This document shows positions 57,395-64,000 of a stretch of DNA of 64,000 bases, one piece after another. The first letter of the stretch is position 1; each line of letters opens with the position of its first letter. The stretch is taken from the NCBI GenBank assembly GCA_017525915.1, contig JAFXSC010000014.1:12075-76074 (forward strand), read 5' to 3'. The position numbers and the translations under genes are program-made. The notes under the pieces were generated by a model. It was not told the origin of the DNA. It did no database searches and worked only from the letters and a program-made list of their open reading frames with translations. This DNA is from Ruminococcus sp. (GTDB lineage: Bacteria; Bacillota; Clostridia; Oscillospirales; Ruminococcaceae).

Positions 57395-57471
57395 TAAGCT
57401 GAAGCTCTTCCAAAACAATATAAATATTCCCCTCATCAGGTGAAGCATCTCACCTGACGAGGGGGAACTCT

Positions 57472-58806
57472 TTATTCTGTAATAATGATACCGCCGAAGT
57501 ATTCGGGGTTGCCGTCCTTGTCGCTCAGCACGAATCCGCGTGTATGGCATACGGCATATGTACCGTCGGGACGTCTCGCACGGTAGCGTATCGCTCTGAC
57601 CTCGGCATTCCCGCACAGCACGGCGTCTATCGCCTCGCGGTAGACCTTCATATCATCGGGGTGGATATGCTCCTGCCAGTATTTATCGGCGTGGTACATA
57701 TACTCCGACTGCATACCGAAATCATCTACCAGCGGCAGAGACCAGCGCGAGAAGTCGTGCCGCAGGTCGTTGAGGAAGACATAACCCTCGCCGACAATGG
57801 TATACATCGCACCGAACATACCGTCAAGCAGGCGCTTTCTCTCGGCGGTTATCGGCACGTCCATATTGTCCATTCCCATGAAATAATTAACTATCTTCTC
57901 CGCCTTCAACTCGTTCTTGTGCTCGTACATCTGCTTGTCGGCTCTTTTGTAGACCGTATCGAAACAGTTGTCGGATTCGGAGTCGAAGGTCGCCATTCCG
58001 CAGGCGATAACAGGTCCCGAGCGCGAGCGCTTATTGGCTTCAGATTCCTCACGAAGCTTTGCAAGGAGCTGTTCCCGCATATCATAATCGCGACCGTCGA
58101 GCACAACTACGAACTCGTCGCCGCCGACTCTGAATACGGGGCTGTGGTCAAAAACATCGCATATCAAGCGGCTCGTTCTTTGTATCGCCTCGTCGCCGAA
58201 GCTGTGTCCGCGGGTATCGTTTATCTTCTTGAGGTCGTTGACGTCGCACATAACAACTCCGAAACGGCAGTCTTTTGAGGCGGACTTTATCCTCTCGTCA
58301 ATCGCCGCGATGTACTCGGTGAAGGCGTTCTTGTTGCGAATGCCCGTCAGAGCGTCCATTCTCGCCATACGTCTGGCGGACTGGAGGTCTTTTTCACGTT
58401 CTTCCTTTCTGCGAAATTCTGCCTCTATATTTTCAAGGCAGCAGATGATGTGCTCGCTGTCGTCGCACATTATCTCGTGATGCCGCATATGAACTATCTC
58501 TCCATTGAGGATAAGTCTGTACACAACGGAATATGAGCTGTTCACAGAGAGGCGGCTGAGCATGGCTCTCTTGTCATGGAGCATCACCACGAGCTCAAGG
58601 TCGTCGGGGTGTACACACATGGAGGCGTTTTTCTGGGCCTCCGAAAAGAAATCCTCACCCTGACTTGGGATACCGAGATCTGCAAGCTGGTCGTTTGGTA
58701 TATATTCATAGTAATTTCCCGATTCAACTTCAACATAGTACAGACTGTCAAAATGGTGCGCAAGTGTAAGGGCTATCTGCTTTAATGCTTCCTGATTGTC
58801 TTTCAT
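57472..58806 (-). CDS. PAS - GGDEF - PAS diguanylate cyclase
   Basis: HPDDLE PAS; DALTGIRNK, DVNDLKKIND..GH..GDE and intact RVGGDEF; C-terminal HIHPDD..RRPDGTY PAS_3; GGAGG RBS before ATG 58806. Confidence 0.9.
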   Translation of the reverse strand: MKDNQEALKQIALTLAHHFDSLYYVEVESGNYYEYIPNDQLADLGIPSQGEDFFSEAQKNASMCVHPDDLELVVMLHDKRAMLSRLSVNSSYSVVYRLILNGEIVHMRHHEIMCDDSEHIICCLENIEAEFRRKEEREKDLQSARRMARMDALTGIRNKNAFTEYIAAIDERIKSASKDCRFGVVMCDVNDLKKINDTRGHSFGDEAIQRTSRLICDVFDHSPVFRVGGDEFVVVLDGRDYDMREQLLAKLREESEANKRSRSGPVIACGMATFDSESDNCFDTVYKRADKQMYEHKNELKAEKIVNYFMGMDNMDVPITAERKRLLDGMFGAMYTIVGEGYVFLNDLRHDFSRWSLPLVDDFGMQSEYMYHADKYWQEHIHPDDMKVYREAIDAVLCGNAEVRAIRYRARRPDGTYAVCHTRGFVLSDKDGNPEYFGGIIITE

Positions 58807-58909
58807 ATACTCATCCTCCATTCTGGGCGGCGGCTTTTTATAAATTATACACTATAGTCTTGAAAAAGTCAATTACTAATATGATAGTTTACCAAAGTCG
58901 AATCAAGAT

Positions 58910-59244
58910 ATGGGGATCCGTGTGAAGATATTGGATATCCCTACCACGCTCACAGACTTTCCGCCGGAGCAGGCTTGGGTACTCGAAATGATAAACGCCA
59001 TACTCATTGAAGTGCTTGGAGCAATAGCTGAGAACGAGCGAAATAAAATCCGTGCTCGTCAACGCGACGGAATAGCTGCTGCCAAGAAGAAAAATGTCCG
59101 CTTCGGACGCCCACCTAAATCTCTACCTCAGAATTGGCAGCAGTTAATGGCTGATGTCCGCAGCGGAAACAAAAGCCTGTTGAGGCTATGCGCGAGCTTG
59201 GTATCTCAAAGTCATGTTACTACAGGTTATACAACAGAATATAG
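58910..59244 (+). pseudogene. 5'-truncated, frameshifted serine resolvase
   Basis: MGIRVKILDIPTT..ILIEVLGAIAENERNKIRARQRDGIAAAK..FGRP. The catalytic N-terminus is missing. The HTH (KPVEAMRELGISKSCYYRLYNRI*) is in another frame after the A-run at 59171-74. Confidence 0.85.
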
Positions 59245-59248
59245 ATAA

Positions 59249-59274
59249 GTGCCTCCATTTACGGAGGCACAAAA
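59249..59274. terminator. terminator between convergent genes
   Basis: gtgcctcc/ggaggcac stem with an adjacent A tract (a U tract on the minus strand). Confidence 0.75.
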
Positions 59275-59300
59275 TTAAAGAATATGATGACATTTGAAAA

Positions 59301-60803
59301 CTACCTATTCCGCTCCTGAAATGAAAACAATCTGCCTTTTTTTATCCGAAGTGTGTAATCACAGCATTGTTCAATAAACTCAGGATCGTGCGTTGAAACA
59401 AGCACAGTGCTGCCTGAATCCGCAAGCTGTCGCAGAAAATCTCCGACTTTTTCCATATGAGCGTAATCAAGTCCCGATGTCGGCTCATCAAAAAGGAGCA
59501 GTTCCGCTCCTGCCGCAATTGCAGATGCTATTGCAACACGCTGTTTCTGACCGCCGGATAGTGCCATCGGATGAGTGTTTTTATATTCAATCAGTCCAAG
59601 CGTATCAAGTATCTCATGACACCTTTTTTCATTTTTATCCTTCATCGAAAGCAGCACTTCTTTTTCCACATTGTCTGTAAAAAGCTGGTGGTTCACGTCC
59701 TGCATGACCATGTATGAAAAACCGATGCGCTGACGCTTTCTGTATTCCTTTCCGTTTGATATGATAACGCCCGTGCAGTCCTTTTCCAGTCCGCATACAC
59801 AACGAAGAAAAGTGGATTTTCCTGTGCCGTTACTGCCGATAACAGCAGTTACCTTGCCCTTGGGAAGTATCAGCTCAGGAATACTCAGGCTCAGTGCATC
59901 ACCGTCTGCGGCTGAAAATTTCTTCTTTCTGAAAATATAAGGCTTGTGATGATAGGAAAAATAAAAGTCCTTTAGTAATATCCCCTCTGGTATATCAACA
60001 TGACCTTTTCTTGTATCATCCTGCTCCGAAAGCAATGCCAGATAGTGTTCATTGATTCTTGTCGGACGAAGCCCAAGGCGTCTGGTTTCTGTTTCTGAAA
60101 GCTCTGCAAATTCCTTGCTTGACCACTGAAGGGAAATCTTGCCTTTGTCCATATAGATCACACGGTCAACTAAATCTTTCAGATACCAAAGCCTGTGCTC
60201 GGAAATGATTATTGTCTTTCCTTGTCTTTTCCAATCGCAGACGATGTCATGCAGCATTCCGATTGCTTCCATATCAAGGTTCGATGAAGGCTCGTCCAGC
60301 AGTATTATCTCTGGCAGAAGCGCTGCTACCGAGGCGCAGGCTATTCTTTGCTTTTCGCCGCCGGATAATTCAAAAAGACTTCTGCCGAGAAGTTTGTCAA
60401 GCTTCATCTGTTTTGCTATGATTTCTTTCCTTGCGTTTATTTCTTTGGGATCAAGTCCGATATTCTCTGGTCCGAATACGATCTCTCCGTCGGTATCAAC
60501 TGAAAAGAACTGACTCCTCGGGTTCTGAAAGACAGTGCCCACAACGCCTGCAAGCTCATAGAGCTGCGTTTTAGCAATGTCATGCCCGTTCACCGTAACT
60601 TCACCTGTCATATCGCCATGATAGTAATGAGGGATAAGTCCGTTTAACAGCCGTATCACTGAGGTCTTTCCCGAACCTGATGCACCGCACAAAAGAAGTG
60701 TTTCACCCTTTTTTATCGACAAGGAAACCCTGTCAAGAGAGTTCTCGGCTGCACCCTTGTATCTGTATGTCACATTTTTGATCTGTGCTATCGTCTGCAT
60801 CAT
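59301..60803 (-). CDS. ECF transporter fused dual ATPase (A-A')
   Basis: GASGSGKT/LSGGEKQR/DEPSSNLD and GSNGTGKST/LSGGQKQR/DEPTSGLD motifs. Confidence 0.9.
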   Translation of the reverse strand: MMQTIAQIKNVTYRYKGAAENSLDRVSLSIKKGETLLLCGASGSGKTSVIRLLNGLIPHYYHGDMTGEVTVNGHDIAKTQLYELAGVVGTVFQNPRSQFFSVDTDGEIVFGPENIGLDPKEINARKEIIAKQMKLDKLLGRSLFELSGGEKQRIACASVAALLPEIILLDEPSSNLDMEAIGMLHDIVCDWKRQGKTIIISEHRLWYLKDLVDRVIYMDKGKISLQWSSKEFAELSETETRRLGLRPTRINEHYLALLSEQDDTRKGHVDIPEGILLKDFYFSYHHKPYIFRKKKFSAADGDALSLSIPELILPKGKVTAVIGSNGTGKSTFLRCVCGLEKDCTGVIISNGKEYRKRQRIGFSYMVMQDVNHQLFTDNVEKEVLLSMKDKNEKRCHEILDTLGLIEYKNTHPMALSGGQKQRVAIASAIAAGAELLLFDEPTSGLDYAHMEKVGDFLRQLADSGSTVLVSTHDPEFIEQCCDYTLRIKKGRLFSFQERNR

Positions 60804-61501
60804 CCAATATACTTAGAACCCACAAAAACTGCAAGTGCTGCTGTGAACAAAAACATCAACAGATAGTCTGCCACGCTCATTTTCAGTACCTGCACACTGG
60901 TTCTTTTTACCTTTCCTCCGAGCCCTCTTGTAACAGCGGCTGCGGATAATTCGTCCCCGATATTCACGCAGGAAAACAGCAGCGGTATCATACGGTATTC
61001 TATCATACCTGCGGCGTTTCCGCCGCCCAACATGATACCACGCATTTTCATAGCGTCACGGATAGCGGCGTATTCTTCCTTGATAGTAGGAAAAAAGCGC
61101 ATGACGACCGCAAGGGAGATAGTTATGCCATCGAGGATGTGCATTTTTTGCATAGCGCAGACAAATTCGCCAATCTTTGTGGTCCTCACCACATACCACG
61201 CAGTTATCATCGCAGGCATGAACTGTACTATTATACTGCAATAGCCTACCAGAAAAGCCGACAGAAATCCCTTTGATTGTTCGGAAAGGAACCTGAATGT
61301 CAACAGCAATGCTGTCCCATAAAAAATCAGAAATCGAAACGCAGCCGCATAATGCTTTTCAACGATAAGCAGCAGTATCGGTATCATGGTCATGGTGATC
61401 CTGACTGCCCAGAGGAAGGGCGCTGTAGCGCTCATCATCACGACTGCCGATACCACAAATATCATGTACAGTTTGGTTCTCGGGTCGAGTTTTAGGCTCA
61501 T
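60800..61501 (-). CDS. ECF transmembrane T component
   Basis: LDPRTK, RFFPTIKEE, MKMRG and AAVTRG motifs. Confidence 0.9.
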   Translation of the reverse strand: MSLKLDPRTKLYMIFVVSAVVMMSATAPFLWAVRITMTMIPILLLIVEKHYAAAFRFLIFYGTALLLTFRFLSEQSKGFLSAFLVGYCSIIVQFMPAMITAWYVVRTTKIGEFVCAMQKMHILDGITISLAVVMRFFPTIKEEYAAIRDAMKMRGIMLGGGNAAGMIEYRMIPLLFSCVNIGDELSAAAVTRGLGGKVKRTSVQVLKMSVADYLLMFLFTAALAVFVGSKYIG

Positions 61502-62091
61502 TATACGATACCTGCTTTCTCAAAATGCTTCTTAACAATAGTCTTTCCGATCAATGCTCCAACACAACCGAATACAAAACATAGTACAAGCAATACAGCT
61601 ATGGTTTTTGAATTAATAGCACGGAACAGGTTGTCGCAGTATTCAACAGAGTAACCGCCGTCAATAAGGTTCTTTCTGTAGGAATCCGCAGAGACAACCA
61701 CAGGGAAATAGTTGGCACATATCCACAGACAGAAAACGCCATAGCTTATGATTGTTTTCTTGAAGCTCTTATAACCGCCCGATTTTGCAATCAGATCTGC
61801 TATCACACCTGAGGCAATGATAAGCGGCGCACCTAGATACCCCATACCTGTTACGAACATGATGATCGCAAGCAGTACGGACATGATGCTCAGCATACCG
61901 AATTTTTCTATCTTCGTATAAAACAGCATCATTGGGATAGAACCGACTATCGGTATCATCACTACATAGGACGCTACGATGTAAGGGTGGATAAATCCCA
62001 GTATTCCGCAGGCAAATTCTACAACGAACAAAAGCGCTGTAAAAATGCCTATTGTGATAAAGTCTTTTGCCTGTAATTTCTTATCATTCAT
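61501..62091 (-). CDS. MptD-family putative ECF S component
   Basis: KLQAKDFITIGIFTAL..IPMMLF..K..KFG; 6 TM segments. Confidence 0.85.
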   Translation of the reverse strand: MNDKKLQAKDFITIGIFTALLFVVEFACGILGFIHPYIVASYVVMIPIVGSIPMMLFYTKIEKFGMLSIMSVLLAIIMFVTGMGYLGAPLIIASGVIADLIAKSGGYKSFKKTIISYGVFCLWICANYFPVVVSADSYRKNLIDGGYSVEYCDNLFRAINSKTIAVLLVLCFVFGCVGALIGKTIVKKHFEKAGIV

Positions 62092-62119
62092 TATAAACTC
62101 TCCTTATTGTGTATTCCTG

Positions 62120-63856
62120 TTATGCCAGCTTCCAGCTTACCGCCTGTTTTCTGCCACTGATGAAGTTTTTGTATATGCCTTCCTGCGCCATAAGCTCTTC
62201 ATGCCGTCCTTTCTGAACGATACGCCCCTTGTCCACGACTATTATCTGATCGGCGTTTCTGACGGTTTTGAGCCTGTGAGCGATCATGATGATTGTCTTG
62301 TGCTTGGTCAGATTCTCTATGGCTTCGGTCAGTTCTTTTTCGTTTTCGGGATCGACGTTTGCAGTCGCCTCATCAAGTATGATAATAGGTGCGTCCTTCA
62401 TTATCGCACGGGCAATGGCAAGCCTTTGCTTTTCGCCACCCGAAAGGGTTGCACCGCCCTCGCCGATAACTGTATCATAGCCGTTTGGAAGAGACATAAT
62501 GAAATCGTGGCAGGCGGCTTTCTTTGCGGCTTCTTGCACTTCCTCCAAAGGCGCTTCTGGTCTGCCAAAACGGATATTATTGGCGATAGTATCTTCAAAA
62601 AGATATACCCGCTGAAAAACAAAGCTGAAATTCTCCATGAGCGAATCAAAGCTGTAGTCTTTGACATTCCTGCCGCCAAGCGTGACCTGCCCCTCCTGAA
62701 CATCCCAGAAACGGGAAATAAGAGATGTTATGGTAGTCTTTCCACCGCCGGACGGTCCTACGATAGCGGTGGTTGTATTTTCCTTTATTTCAAGCGATAC
62801 ATCGTCGATGATCTTTCTGTTCTCGTAGGCAAAGCTGACATGGTCAAGACGAATATCCCTGTTTTCGGGAGTTATGCTTGCGCCGTCGGTATCCATCTGC
62901 TCGATGTCAAGTATTTCAGATGCAAGATCGACGCCTTTGCCGATAACACGAAGCAGTGCAGTATAAATACCTGCTGAATCCAGCGACTCGAAAACCATGA
63001 ATGAACACAGCAGCATGGTGATGGTATACACAAGCTCCATGCTTCCGTTCAGATAGAAATAAACAGACGCACCAGCTATTGCAACGCCTATCAGTTTGCA
63101 GATAAGATTCTGAACGCCCACGGCAGGTATCGCTGCCAGTTCGGCAGAGATATCTGCGTTTTTCTTACGCTCGATGGAGTTTTTTAGCTTTGACTGATTA
63201 AGAGCGATGATATTATAATTCCTTATCTCCGATATTCCCTGAATGTATTCCAGTATCACGCCGACCATTTCCCTGTCAGCAGAGATCTTTTCATCGGCTA
63301 CCCTTGCGACACTGCGGTTCGTCCACTGATTCACCAGTATAAAAACGCTAATGCCTGCCAGCGAGATAAACCCGATACGGATGTCAAACGCAAACATGAA
63401 AAGTGCAATGACCACAGTCGTGATGCTGCCTTGCAATACCAGCATGATCGCACGGGTAGCAATGTCTCCCATCTGCTCCATTGTGTTTGTAGCGACCGAA
63501 GTGATATGTCCGAGACTTGTATCATTGAAGTAACCCATAGGCAGATAACGAAGATGTTCGCCGATCTCTATTCTTTTTAGTGCGGCAGTATCATATCCGC
63601 CCTCTGTCTGAAGCATCGTGGAAAAGCGGCTTATGACTGTCTTGCCGAGTGTGCTTATCAGCATCAGACCTATTACGGTCAGTATCGCCTTTGTGTCGAT
63701 ATTATCGTCAAGAACCGCTTTTATGGCAACAAATGCGGCAGGAATCTTCATGGCGGTGAACATTGCTTCAATGACACCAAGCACGATAGCCTTGTAGAAT
63801 TTTCTTCTGTTCTTTTCACTGCAAAACCCAAAGAACTTTTTTATCATCTCAAGCAT
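62120..63856 (-). CDS. ABC transporter ATP-binding/permease (IrtA/B- or YbtP/Q-like)
   Basis: TM domain plus GPSGGGKTT, LSGGEKQRLAIARA and LDEATANVD motifs; AAAGGAG RBS before ATG 63856. Confidence 0.9.
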   Translation of the reverse strand: MLEMIKKFFGFCSEKNRRKFYKAIVLGVIEAMFTAMKIPAAFVAIKAVLDDNIDTKAILTVIGLMLISTLGKTVISRFSTMLQTEGGYDTAALKRIEIGEHLRYLPMGYFNDTSLGHITSVATNTMEQMGDIATRAIMLVLQGSITTVVIALFMFAFDIRIGFISLAGISVFILVNQWTNRSVARVADEKISADREMVGVILEYIQGISEIRNYNIIALNQSKLKNSIERKKNADISAELAAIPAVGVQNLICKLIGVAIAGASVYFYLNGSMELVYTITMLLCSFMVFESLDSAGIYTALLRVIGKGVDLASEILDIEQMDTDGASITPENRDIRLDHVSFAYENRKIIDDVSLEIKENTTTAIVGPSGGGKTTITSLISRFWDVQEGQVTLGGRNVKDYSFDSLMENFSFVFQRVYLFEDTIANNIRFGRPEAPLEEVQEAAKKAACHDFIMSLPNGYDTVIGEGGATLSGGEKQRLAIARAIMKDAPIIILDEATANVDPENEKELTEAIENLTKHKTIIMIAHRLKTVRNADQIIVVDKGRIVQKGRHEELMAQEGIYKNFISGRKQAVSWKLA

Positions 63857-64000
63857 ATGCGTTCTCCTTTCCGTTGTCGTTATCCCTGACCATACTATGT
63901 GCTTCCCACATTTTTCTGTAAAGCTCACAGTTTTCAAGCAATTCCTGCTGTGTACCGCAAGCCTCGATATTTCCCTTGTTGATAACAAATATATTATCCG
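63849..64000 (-). CDS. 3' end of the partner ABC transporter (partial)
   Basis: DNIFVINKGNIEACGTQQELLENCELYRKMWEAH...AYA*; its stop overlaps the next start. Confidence 0.8.
   Translation of the reverse strand, partial: DNIFVINKGNIEACGTQQELLENCELYRKMWEAHSMVRDNDNGKENAYA

Larger units (their letters stand above)
58900..64000. mobile_element. probable horizontally acquired cargo block (left end at the resolvase relic; continues beyond the window)
   Basis: Resolvase relic; visibly more A/T-ending codons than flanking genes; ABC-pair/ECF module of a type carried by Firmicutes ICEs. No att site identified. Confidence 0.5.

Noticed and set aside
63857-63988. N-terminal extension of the ABC gene 62120..63988
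   Set aside because: The region encodes the C-terminus of the upstream ABC partner in another frame; the real start is 63856.
1-64000. tRNA, rRNA, integrase and intact IS elements
   Set aside because: None was recognised by eye in any intergenic gap; tRNAscan-SE and ISEScan would be needed to exclude them formally.

Overview
A 64-kb chromosomal segment of a cellulosome-producing, Ruminococcus flavefaciens-like firmicute (inferred from dockerin style, the SCIFF locus and consensus sigma-A promoters). Housekeeping content: a CDF transporter, metY, a T-box-controlled trpEGDCFBA operon, the SCIFF ranthipeptide pair scfAB, an ABC-F protein, rubrerythrin and csoR-copA. Plant-wall enzymes: a GH141-like-CBM6-dockerin, a CBM4-Ig-GH9 with a membrane anchor instead of a dockerin, and GH30-CBM22-dockerin. 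Six c-di-GMP turnover genes are present, three sharing a 7TM sensor module, and they are biased to degradation. The right end is an A/T-richer accessory block with a broken resolvase and an ABC/ECF uptake module. The strongest novelty candidate is a three-gene operon (4220-8062): a Spo0A-like regulator with a degenerate receiver domain, a Hanks Ser/Thr kinase without PASTA domains, and a separate PASTA-PASTA-SH3 membrane protein, i.e. a possible 'split PrkC to Spo0A paralogue' pathway. Other candidates are an unannotated Met/Cys-containing leader peptide before metY, a 390-bp four-layer foldback element with a nested insertion, a LacI-sensor-EAL-beta-helix protein, and a patchwork of 50-80 bp gene relics (two phage-tail-like) at 57.1-57.4 kb. 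No rRNA, tRNA or CRISPR array was seen. Family assignments come from motif recognition and memory, not from database searches.
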